DNA of 13,071 nucleotides from Aulosira sp. ZfuVER01 (GCA_034530615.2 JAVRCV020000014.1:1-13071); one strand, 5' to 3'; counted from the stretch's first letter, positions 1-7,826 are shown. Notes: generated by a model from the sequence alone, not told the origin. A program made the numbers and translations.

Positions 1-94
1 TCAACTCAGCAGTCTGCCTGGGGAATTTGGACAACTGGTCAACTTGCAAACCCTCGACCTCAGGAGTAATCAACTCAGCAGTCTGCCTGGGGAA
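1..94 (+). repeat. LRR-coding direct repeat (69-nt period)
   Basis: tcaactcagcagtctgcctggggaa occurs identically at 1-25 and 70-94. Confidence 0.9.
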
Positions 95-2791
95 ATCAGG
101 AAATTAGCAAATCTGACAGAGCTAGATCTTCGGAGAAATCCACTGCCCATTCCACCTGAGATTTTAGGGAGCAAGAATTTATCAAGAGATCCAGGTGATG
201 TCAATGAAATTCTCGATTTCTATTTTCGAGTACAAGATCCCAAAGAAACTGAACCCCTCTACGAAGCTAAATTTTTAATTGTTGGCGAAGGGGGAGCAGG
301 TAAAACTTCTTTAGCTAATAAAATTCAAAATGAAAGTTACGAACTTCAGCCGGATGAAAAATCAACGGAAGGCATTGAGGTGATTCGCTGGCACTTCACC
401 CAAGCAAATGGCAAAGATTTTCGCGTTAACATCTGGGACTTTGGCGGTCAAGAAATTTACCACCAAACCCATCAGTTTTTCCTCACTGAACGTTCTCTTT
501 ATGCCTTAGTCGCTGATACTCGCAAAGAAAACACAGATTTTTACTGGTGGTTGAAGGTCGTTGAACTCTTAAGTGACAATAGTCCAGTTCTGATTATTAA
601 AAACGAAAAACAAGGCCGTCAATGCGAAGTTAATTATCACCAATTGCGGGGTGAATTCACCAATTTAAAAGAAGCCTTACCAACCAACCTAGCTACTAAT
701 CGTGGTTTACCAGAAATTAAACAAGCGATTCAAGACTACATCAGCAGACTTCCCCACGTTGGTACACTTTTACCAAAACTCTGGGTAAGAGTCCGTTCTG
801 CTTTAGAAAACTATTCCCGCAACTACATTAACTTTTACGAATACGAAAACCTTTGCCGAGTTAATAATTTAACTGACCGTCAAGATATGCTGCGGCTGAG
901 TCGCTATCTGCACGACCTCGGCGTTTGTCTACATTTTCAAGATGATTCTACACTGAAACACTATGTCATCCTCAAACCAGAATGGGGAACTACTGCTGTC
1001 TACAAAGTGTTAGACAATAAAAACGTCAAGGAAAATTTAGGCTGTTTTACCAAGGATAATCTTAAAGATATTTGGAAAAATTGCGAATATGCTGATATGC
1101 GAGATGAACTGCTGCAACTGATGATGCGGTTTAAACTTTGCTACCCAATTCCTAATAGTCCTGGTAACTATATTGCACCGCAACTACTCGATATTGAGCA
1201 ACCTGCCTATAACTGGGACGAAACTAATAACCTAATTTTACGCTACGAATACATGTTCATGCCCAAGGGTATTATCACTCGCTTCATTGTAGAAACACAC
1301 CCTTGGATTGAACAACAAAAACTCGTTTGGCGAAGCGGTGTTGTTCTCGACAAAGACCAAACTCGTGTGGAAGTTATTGAAAATTATAATCTTAAAGAAA
1401 TTAAAATCCGTGTAGAAGGAAACCGCAAGAAAGAATTGCTAGCAGTCGTCACTCACGAACTAGATAAAATCCATAAATCTTTTGAGCGATTGCAGTATGA
1501 CACTCTTGTTCCTTGCAACTGCAAAGAATGTGAAGGAAGCCGAGAACCTTATTCCTACGAATTAGATAAATTATATAAGCGTTTAAAAGCTGGTCGGTAT
1601 CAGATTGAGTGTGAGAACAGCTATCAAATGGTAGATGTTCGCAGGTTAATTGATGATGTTAATCTACAATCCCAATTTGAACCACTACAACAAGAATTGT
1701 CTCAAGCCAGAGATAAATCATTAAAAAAACAACCGATGATAAATTACCATGATTTCCAAATATTAGTAACAGCAGACCGCAAAATTCGCGCTTCCTCAGA
1801 ACAAGGCGATGAATGGGGCGAATTGCGCTTAGAAATGAACAGAATTAAGCTGTCATTAAAACTAATTGATTCTCGCCAAACAGATACCGATTTGCTAAAA
1901 GCCCTAGGTGGCGAACTCTACCAAGCGCTTTTCCCTATAGATATTCGCGGTCAATTACGGGCTACAATTGCAGGCGCACAAGCGAATGATTACGAGGTAC
2001 GCTTGCGCCTAGTATTTGATTCCCCCGAACTAGCCGCCCTACCTTGGGAATTTCTCTATGATGAGGCTACTAAAACTTTCCTTGCAAACAACACTCAAAC
2101 CGTACTCTCGCGTTATGTTGACGTTCCCCTCCAAAAGCGCGACCTGAAAGCCGCAAGCCTACCGCTGAAAGTTTTGCTAGTCATCTCCAGCCCAACTAAC
2201 TTACCTCAATTAGATGTTGCTGAGGAAGAACGCCTCATCCGTGACGCACTGAAAAAACACATAGATGCAGGCCAAATAGAGTTAGATGTGCTACCAGAAG
2301 CCACCATTCGCAACATTAACCAAAAGCTACGCGAAAAGCCATACAATGTTTTCCACTTCATCGGTCACGGTAAATTTGATAACAACAAAGGCTGTATTGC
2401 CCTAGTAGATACCGATGGCAAATACAAACTCTTGGATGATGAGGGTTTTGCCAATTTCTTTTTAGGCAACCGCAGCTTAGGGTTAGCTGTGCTAAATTCC
2501 TGTCAAGGTGCGACGGTATCATCTAACCAAGTATTTGCAGGTATAGCACCTAACCTAGTGCGCCGAGGAATTCCCGCTGTAGTCGCCATGCAATATGAAA
2601 TCCTCGACACCACCGCCAAGCTGTTTGCTGATGAATTTTACCGCACTCTCGCCCTAGGCTGGCCTGTAGATGCAGCTATGCAAACTACCCGCAACGCCAT
2701 TTCGATGGAAGTGGGCTTAGATAAACCTGACTTTGCGACACCAGTGCTGTATATGCGCGCTAAGGATGGAATAATTTTGAGTGGGTTGTGA
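2..2791 (+). CDS. Roco-family protein: LRR - Roc GTPase - COR - CHAT (caspase-like) protease; 5' end lies outside the window
   Basis: Frame is open from base 2 (QLSSLPGEFGQLVNLQTLDLRSNQLSSLPGEI..., 23-aa LRRs). P-loop GEGGAGKTS, switch I STEGI, G3 WDFGGQE, COR motifs (YLHDLGVCLHF, LKPEW), CxCxxC cluster, C-terminal CHAT dyad motifs FHFIGHG and LNSCQG. Confidence 0.93.
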   Translation, partial: QLSSLPGEFGQLVNLQTLDLRSNQLSSLPGEIRKLANLTELDLRRNPLPIPPEILGSKNLSRDPGDVNEILDFYFRVQDPKETEPLYEAKFLIVGEGGAGKTSLANKIQNESYELQPDEKSTEGIEVIRWHFTQANGKDFRVNIWDFGGQEIYHQTHQFFLTERSLYALVADTRKENTDFYWWLKVVELLSDNSPVLIIKNEKQGRQCEVNYHQLRGEFTNLKEALPTNLATNRGLPEIKQAIQDYISRLPHVGTLLPKLWVRVRSALENYSRNYINFYEYENLCRVNNLTDRQDMLRLSRYLHDLGVCLHFQDDSTLKHYVILKPEWGTTAVYKVLDNKNVKENLGCFTKDNLKDIWKNCEYADMRDELLQLMMRFKLCYPIPNSPGNYIAPQLLDIEQPAYNWDETNNLILRYEYMFMPKGIITRFIVETHPWIEQQKLVWRSGVVLDKDQTRVEVIENYNLKEIKIRVEGNRKKELLAVVTHELDKIHKSFERLQYDTLVPCNCKECEGSREPYSYELDKLYKRLKAGRYQIECENSYQMVDVRRLIDDVNLQSQFEPLQQELSQARDKSLKKQPMINYHDFQILVTADRKIRASSEQGDEWGELRLEMNRIKLSLKLIDSRQTDTDLLKALGGELYQALFPIDIRGQLRATIAGAQANDYEVRLRLVFDSPELAALPWEFLYDEATKTFLANNTQTVLSRYVDVPLQKRDLKAASLPLKVLLVISSPTNLPQLDVAEEERLIRDALKKHIDAGQIELDVLPEATIRNINQKLREKPYNVFHFIGHGKFDNNKGCIALVDTDGKYKLLDDEGFANFFLGNRSLGLAVLNSCQGATVSSNQVFAGIAPNLVRRGIPAVVAMQYEILDTTAKLFADEFYRTLALGWPVDAAMQTTRNAISMEVGLDKPDFATPVLYMRAKDGIILSGL

Positions 2792-2809
2792 AGGTAGAAG
2801 GGAAAAGGA

Positions 2810-2897
2810 GGACAAGGGGGACAAGGGGGACAAGATAGAAATAACAAATAACTATTGCCCAATGCCCAATGCCCAATGCCCAATGCCCAATGCCAAA
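2810..2897. repeat. Cyanobacterial short tandem repeats (STRR-type) between convergent genes
   Basis: ggacaaggg x~3 (2810-2834), aaataac x2, tgcccaa x5 plus tgccaaa (2856-2897). Confidence 0.9.
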
Positions 2898-2907
2898 TAT
2901 CCTGTAT

Positions 2908-3393
2908 TCACCACAATTTAATTAGTTGCTTGCCTTCTAAAAATAAATCAAATCTGTGCATATCTTTCTCCGATTCAAAAGCTGCTACTGGTAAGTAGTG
3001 AAATTGAGCTTTTGTCATATATAAAAAGTAATATTCACCCTTTTTGACAGCTTTAGTAAAATGCTCATACCTAAGCTTAGTGATACTCCCATCTTCAAAA
3101 AATATCGCAAAGAAGTCTTCATCCATTTCGCAATATCTACTTTGAAAGTTTAACTCAGAAGTTCTCCCTTGCAGACGCAACCAAAGCGGTACAGAGAGAA
3201 TATAAGCAATAAAACCCAAGCAATACAGCAACCACCAACTAAATTCCTTCTGGATTATAGAAAGGATAATATTTACCACTGCCAAAACTGAAAAGATAAT
3301 TAAGGTTAATTTCATGCGCTTGTAATAATCAACCGCAATAATTGCTCTTAATTCTTTGGGAGATACTTGAAATTGCTTAGTTCTAATGAGCAT
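2908..3393 (-). CDS. YcxB-like membrane protein
   Basis: 161 aa. Two N-terminal hydrophobic helices, then a beta-rich C-terminal domain ending in ...YYFLYMTKAQFHYLPVAAFESEKD, typical of YcxB-family proteins. Confidence 0.75.
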   Translation of the reverse strand: MLIRTKQFQVSPKELRAIIAVDYYKRMKLTLIIFSVLAVVNIILSIIQKEFSWWLLYCLGFIAYILSVPLWLRLQGRTSELNFQSRYCEMDEDFFAIFFEDGSITKLRYEHFTKAVKKGEYYFLYMTKAQFHYLPVAAFESEKDMHRFDLFLEGKQLIKLW

Positions 3394-3431
3394 AATAATT
3401 TATAAGTTGTTATTGAAAGTGTCTAGCCTAT

Positions 3432-3469
3432 AGGAAATGATATCTAGATTTTTCTAGATATCATTTCCT
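3432..3469. terminator. Perfect 17-bp inverted repeat downstream of miaB (terminator or mRNA-stabilising hairpin)
   Basis: aggaaatgatatctaga-tttt-tctagatatcatttcct; no clear U-tract on either strand. Confidence 0.55.
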
Positions 3470-3509
3470 GTCAGAACTCTTGCTAAAACACAATCATCTA
3501 GTCCAAGCA

Positions 3510-4874
3510 TTAAACAGGCATTGCTTGACGCACTTCGATTGGTTCGCCAGTCAAGCTAAAAGCGCGAACTTCGGTGATTTTGACTTTCACCAATTGCCCT
3601 TTAAGTTCTTTAATATCACCAGTAAAGAAAGTCAGACGATTACCCCCTGTGCGTCCCATTACCTGAGTTGGATCTTTGGGGTTTTGGTCTTCTACTAATA
3701 CTTCCTCAATGCGTCCAAAATAACGTTGCGATCGCTCGGCGGCTTTAATACCTACTAAATGATTTAATCTTTGTAGGCGATCGCTTTTTACTTCTTCACT
3801 CAATTGATTTTCCCACAAAGCAGCGGGTGTTCCCGGACGTGGAGAATAAGCGGCGGTATTCAACAGATCAAAGCCAATATCTTCTACTAATTTCAAGGTG
3901 TTTTCAAACTGTGCTTCCGTTTCTCCAGGAAAACCGACAATCGCATCTCCACTAATCGATGCATCTGGCATATAACGGCGGATTGTATCAATTATCCGAC
4001 GGTATTTTTCATGTGTATAACCCCGTGACATTGCCTTCAACAATTCGTTATCCCCAGATTGGAAAGGGATGTGGAAGTGTTCGCAAACCTTGGGTAATTC
4101 TGCACAAGCTTTAATTAAACGCTCAGTAAAATAACGGGGATGACTAGTAGCAAAACGTAGTCTTTCAATACCTGGCACATCATGCACGTAATACAGCAAA
4201 TCTGTGAATGTATGCAGATGGCGCCCTTCGGCTGTTACTCCTGGTAAGTCACGCCCATAAGCGTCAATATTTTGACCGAGTAGGGTAATTTCTTTGTAAC
4301 CTTGCCTGCCTAATTCTTCCATTTCAGCACGAATCGCTTCTGGCGTGCGGGATTGTTCCACACCACGCACATTCGGAACTACGCAATAAGTGCAGCGTTC
4401 GTTGCAGCCATAAATCACATTCACCCAAGCTGTAACTTTGCTATCCCGCCGGGGTTGAGTGATATCTTCCATAATGTGAACTGGCTCGGTAGCCACAACT
4501 TGATTACCTTCAAATACCGACTCCAGCAAATCTTTGAGACGGTTGGCGTGTTGCGGCCCCATCACCAAATCTAATTCGGGGACGCGGCGCAAAAGGCTCT
4601 CACCTTCTTGTTGGGCAACGCATCCAGCAACAATTAATGTTAAATCGGGCTGCTCGTGTTTGCGCTTCGCCTGTCTACCCAGGTAAGAATATACTTTTTG
4701 CTCGGCATTATCCCGAATCGTGCAGGTATTGTAGAGAATTACATCTGCATGATTGGCATCTTCCGAAAATTCAAAGCCCATGTCTTCTAAAATGCCAGCC
4801 ATGCGCTCTGAGTCGGCTTTATTCATTTGGCAACCAAAAGTAGTGATGTGATAGCGGCGTTTAGAAGTGGTCAT
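3510..4874 (-). CDS. miaB: tRNA-2-methylthio-N6-dimethylallyladenosine synthase MiaB
   Basis: N-terminal TFGCQMN...NTC...GCVAQ (UPF0004 cysteines), radical-[39 protein letters not shown]-terminal TRAM domain. Confidence 0.98.
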   Translation of the reverse strand: MTTSKRRYHITTFGCQMNKADSERMAGILEDMGFEFSEDANHADVILYNTCTIRDNAEQKVYSYLGRQAKRKHEQPDLTLIVAGCVAQQEGESLLRRVPELDLVMGPQHANRLKDLLESVFEGNQVVATEPVHIMEDITQPRRDSKVTAWVNVIYGCNERCTYCVVPNVRGVEQSRTPEAIRAEMEELGRQGYKEITLLGQNIDAYGRDLPGVTAEGRHLHTFTDLLYYVHDVPGIERLRFATSHPRYFTERLIKACAELPKVCEHFHIPFQSGDNELLKAMSRGYTHEKYRRIIDTIRRYMPDASISGDAIVGFPGETEAQFENTLKLVEDIGFDLLNTAAYSPRPGTPAALWENQLSEEVKSDRLQRLNHLVGIKAAERSQRYFGRIEEVLVEDQNPKDPTQVMGRTGGNRLTFFTGDIKELKGQLVKVKITEVRAFSLTGEPIEVRQAMPV

Positions 4875-4913
4875 GGGAAATTATGCTTAATCAGCGTAAG
4901 TTATAAGCTTTAT

Positions 4914-4925
4914 ATCTATTCACTC
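4914..4925 (-). other. Putative element end / recombination junction (left-donor GAGT - core GAAT - right-target AGAT)
   Basis: Minus strand reads GAGT-GAAT-AGAT. GAGUGAAU is in the 5' arm of the second RNA loop (6481..6474). AUCUAUUC, its complement on the right side, is in the 3' arm of the first loop (6532..6525). The site is ~85 bp after the recombinase stop. Confidence 0.75.
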
Positions 4926-4946
4926 TAATAAGTGTAGCGAGATTTT

Positions 4947-4980
4947 AAAAGCCCCCCAACCTGTAAAAATTATTGGGGGG
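4947..4980 (-). terminator. Intrinsic terminator after the IS110 recombinase
   Basis: ccccccaa (4952-4959) / ttgggggg (4973-4980) stem followed by CUUUU on the minus strand. Confidence 0.6.
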
Positions 4981-5006
4981 AAATTTTAATAGTTAATGGT
5001 CATTGG

Positions 5007-6374
5007 TCATTTGGCGATCGCGTTCACCAGGTGACTAAACAGCAGGTTAGCAACTTTAGCCATTAATTTACCCTGCAAGTGTTTACCGTTAAGTAATTGT
5101 CTGCCAGATTCATCAGTAAAGTCTTTTAACTTGCTACGGTACTCAAGCATCGTAGCGGCGGTGTCATTATCAGGCAATCTTTCGGTTTCTACTTGGCACA
5201 GAACGTACTGCCAAAACGACATCCTGCACAACGCCGAACCGCTTTTTACTTCAATTAACTCATCACCGGACTGCTCAAGTACTGTACCCATACCTAACCG
5301 CATTTTGAAAGTATCGCGTGAGCGATTGCGTTTAACTCGCTTTACATCCCCAGGCGAACGCTTAACCACAGTTTGACCATCCTGCCGATGCTTCTCTACC
5401 CGTTTAACTTCCCTGACTTCATATTCAATTAGTGGTCTTCCATTACTCAAGAATGCTTCAAACGGGTAAATTCGAGTTAGCAGCCGGGCACGTACACGCA
5501 AGCCAAAACCAAATTTGTCAAAAATCTGGTTGTATTGCTTGAAGCACTCATCATCAAGTAGAGTTTTAATCTCAGCTTCAATCCGCTGCTCGCACAATTC
5601 AATGTCACACAACCAATCACCGTGTAGCCTCAAAATAGGGTCAATGGTAATACCGTAATGGTTAGCAGCTGACGATTCATATTTTGCTGTTAGTGCTTTC
5701 CACGCTTGAGACGATACCTCAAACTGCCTTTCGGCTAACCAACCCCATAATGGAGGTACATTTCCCAATTTGGTGCTTTTAGATTTCACATGGGCAACTT
5801 CTGGAAACTGCCAAGCTAAAACTTGTCTAGCATAGTTAACTATTGGGCTTTGTACCCGGTTCAAATGTTCAAGCTGCTGGCACAGTTCCCTTAGCCGATC
5901 GATTGGTTCGCTTCGGTGCATCAGGAAATATCTAGTGTTTAATTCACCATCTTCGGTGTGGTGTTCTACATCAAGCGGGTAAGCGGCCATAGCCAAAGCA
6001 TCAGCAGCATCAGATTTATTTGGCAGATTTTTACCGCCACGATAGCGGCGTAACTCTATATGCCCAACCCACAAAATCTTAATACCTAAACTGTCAATTA
6101 TTTTTGCCCACAGGCGGGAATAATGATTCCCTGTAGGCTCCATAATTGCAACATTAGCCTGACTTTCCTGAATAAATTTAGCAAAATCAAAAGCTGATTT
6201 CTGCTTCTTTTTAACATCAGGATTGCTATAGAAAACCGGATAATGACTTGATGCTTTATTCCTCGTTTTTTCCCAGTAGGATTTTAACCCACCCTTGGGA
6301 TAAGATGAGAGAACATGAACTGTGACTGATGCTTTAGAAACATCAATACCCAAAGTTTTTAATTCAATTGTCAT
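5007..6374 (-). CDS. IS110-family DEDD recombinase/transposase (bridge recombinase), ~455 aa
   Basis: RuvC-like DEDD motifs LGIDVSK, MEPTG, KSDAADA; coiled-coil middle region; C-terminal LGMGTVLEQSG (catalytic Ser motif) followed by GSALCR. ATG at 6374 is preferred over TTG at 6392. Confidence 0.9.
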   Translation of the reverse strand: MTIELKTLGIDVSKASVTVHVLSSYPKGGLKSYWEKTRNKASSHYPVFYSNPDVKKKQKSAFDFAKFIQESQANVAIMEPTGNHYSRLWAKIIDSLGIKILWVGHIELRRYRGGKNLPNKSDAADALAMAAYPLDVEHHTEDGELNTRYFLMHRSEPIDRLRELCQQLEHLNRVQSPIVNYARQVLAWQFPEVAHVKSKSTKLGNVPPLWGWLAERQFEVSSQAWKALTAKYESSAANHYGITIDPILRLHGDWLCDIELCEQRIEAEIKTLLDDECFKQYNQIFDKFGFGLRVRARLLTRIYPFEAFLSNGRPLIEYEVREVKRVEKHRQDGQTVVKRSPGDVKRVKRNRSRDTFKMRLGMGTVLEQSGDELIEVKSGSALCRMSFWQYVLCQVETERLPDNDTAATMLEYRSKLKDFTDESGRQLLNGKHLQGKLMAKVANLLFSHLVNAIAK

Positions 6375-6412
6375 GGTTCTGTTAGTAAACAAAGGTACAT
6401 TTAGTTGTAGTT

Positions 6413-6618
6413 AAAAACCCAGTTTCAAAGCGCACGAATCACCCTAACGCCCCACATCCTAAGCAGGGGCGCGATTCACTCCTAAACGAACTGGGAAGCC
6501 ATACAACTCCGGGAAGCTGCGCTTGAATAGATGAACGCCTCACGCTAGAGAGCGCAATTCTATTACAACGCCGCATTCCCGATGTGTGATGGTGCGAACT
6601 GCTTTGGACACAATCCGC
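6413..6618 (-). ncRNA. Putative bridge RNA (target-binding stem-loop 6592..6499; donor-binding stem-loop 6495..6418)
   Basis: Directly upstream of the IS110 gene. Two long stem-loops with internal loops; G-U pairs favour the minus strand. Four CGUU-preceded segments end in GAAU or AUUC, and two of them match the element junction. Ends in GGG-UUUUU. Confidence 0.8.
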
Positions 6619-6679
6619 GACTCTGGCATCTGCCAGAGTTTCGGCTACTGTGTCAGGTAGCCTCATCAGGCGGTTATTG
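6607..6679 (-). ncRNA. Type I hammerhead ribozyme; predicted cleavage between 6619 and 6618 (GUC|)
   Basis: CCGC-CUGAUGA-GGCUAC[CUGACACA]GUAGCC-GAAA-CUCUGGC[AGAU]GCCAGAG-UC|GCGG. All core nucleotides are present and stems I/II/III pair perfectly. Loop II GACACA can pair with downstream UGUGUC (6612..6607). Confidence 0.95.
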
Positions 6680-6871
6680 TTTACTTAATTTCCTAACTTG
6701 TTGAAGTAACTCGATATTTTTTTCAATTCCAAATCTGACCGGAGACAACTCACCATCAGGTAGTCTGTCTATTAACTCTTGTAAGTTTAGACAGGTTGAT
6801 GTTAGGTGATAAGTCAAAATATCAACTGTCCTTTCTAGTGCTTGAATTCTTTGTGCTACGTCTGAATCCAT
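6674..6871 (-). CDS. Small hypothetical coiled-coil protein (65 aa)
   Basis: ATG preceded by AAGGA, amphipathic helical sequence; the UAA stop abuts hammerhead stem I. Confidence 0.7.
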   Translation of the reverse strand: MDSDVAQRIQALERTVDILTYHLTSTCLNLQELIDRLPDGELSPVRFGIEKNIELLQQVRKLSKQ

Positions 6872-6973
6872 TATTTATCCTTATAAACTGAACTTGGTAA
6901 TTGAATCATTCCCGAACCTATCCCACTAATACCAAAAATGTGATAATCTGCTTTTCAAATCACAAAGGGTGTA

Positions 6974-7258
6974 TCACAGTATGGCTGGGCGGTTTGAAGG
7001 ATTAACAGACTTAAAATGGAGGCTGTTTGAAGATATATTTCCAGAAGATTTATTTTTGAGGTAATCTTTGATAGTTTGCTCGATTTGTTCAGGACTTAAT
7101 TTATCGCACTGGGCATTGGCTTCTTTACTGATTCTGGAAACCCAGTAATTCAGTGGTTGACCTGTTAACTCACACAGATATCTAACTGCAATGCCTAGTG
7201 AAAGACTATTGGTTATGTAGTCTTCTTTGCCCATCAAGAATTTGGATTTGTTTGTCAT
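6974..7258 (-). CDS. Hypothetical protein (94 aa), paralogous to the C-terminal half of 7255..7740
   Basis: ATGA overlap with the upstream gene; clear similarity to that gene's C-terminus. Confidence 0.8.
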   Translation of the reverse strand: MTNKSKFLMGKEDYITNSLSLGIAVRYLCELTGQPLNYWVSRISKEANAQCDKLSPEQIEQTIKDYLKNKSSGNISSNSLHFKSVNPSNRPAIL

Positions 7259-7740
7259 AACTTCTCTTTATGCCTCTCAACAACCATGAACGATGCATCG
7301 GATTCTTTGGCTTTGTTTGCAAAATAAGCACTGATTTGCTGTTCAATTTCTTCATTAGTTAAAGTTTCAAACTGTGCAGTCCCCTGTTTCCAAATTTGTT
7401 GTATCCAGAAATCAGGAGATTGACCTGTTAAGCTGGCAAGAAATTTAACTGCCAGTCCGCTAACCATGCTGTTAAGCACAAAGTCTCCCTTGTCCATCAA
7501 AAATTTAGATTTATCTGTGGACTCTTCGGGGATGGAAGGTGATGGTGCTTCTTCTAGGGCGGCGATAATGGCTGAGGCGTTTTCACCATAAAAAACTTGG
7601 GTGTCGCCATCACACCAGGTAACAATGATAATTCCTTCATTTTTGTCATCAATGACTTGCCGGATTTGAGCCAGATTTACCCAACCGGCGCTGGGGGTTT
7701 TGCAAGTAAACACGCTTTTGACTGATATTATGGTGTGCAT
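7255..7740 (-). CDS. Hypothetical two-domain protein (161 aa)
   Basis: ATG start, Pro/Ser/Glu linker (EEAPSPSIPEES), C-terminal domain duplicated in the next gene. Confidence 0.8.
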   Translation of the reverse strand: MHTIISVKSVFTCKTPSAGWVNLAQIRQVIDDKNEGIIIVTWCDGDTQVFYGENASAIIAALEEAPSPSIPEESTDKSKFLMDKGDFVLNSMVSGLAVKFLASLTGQSPDFWIQQIWKQGTAQFETLTNEEIEQQISAYFANKAKESDASFMVVERHKEKL

Positions 7741-7826
7741 GGTTCAGGCTTATCCAATGGCTAAGTTGGGTTGAGCTTTTGCGATCGCGTCCAATCTCCC
7801 AAAAAGCGCGATCGCAAAAAAATTGA

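Noticed and set aside
44..46. ORF-track start (TTG) for the Roco gene
   Set aside because: The frame is open to the window edge and encodes a further LRR upstream, so the true start is outside the window.
2638..2883. 81-aa minus-strand ORF (MGIGHWALG...CPPCPPCPP)
   Set aside because: Translation of STRR repeats plus antisense of the CHAT domain.
3480..5376. Short plus-strand ORFs 3480..3698, 4353..4574, 4637..4843 and 5131..5376
   Set aside because: Antisense shadows of miaB and the IS110 gene with no recognisable features.
6439..6666. 75-aa ORF (MRLPDTVAETL...) on the minus strand
   Set aside because: It lies entirely over the hammerhead and bridge-RNA stems, its ATG is part of the CUGAUGA core, and cleavage would sever it. 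It is better explained as ncRNA.
6897..6910. GTAATT-GAAT-CATT on the plus strand resembles the predicted far junction GTAATA-GAAT-CACC (11/14) and would imply an invertible 4921-6903 segment
   Set aside because: Mismatches lie next to the core, the orientation is wrong for an insertion, and such a match is plausible by chance in AT-rich DNA. Long reads showing inversion would revive it.
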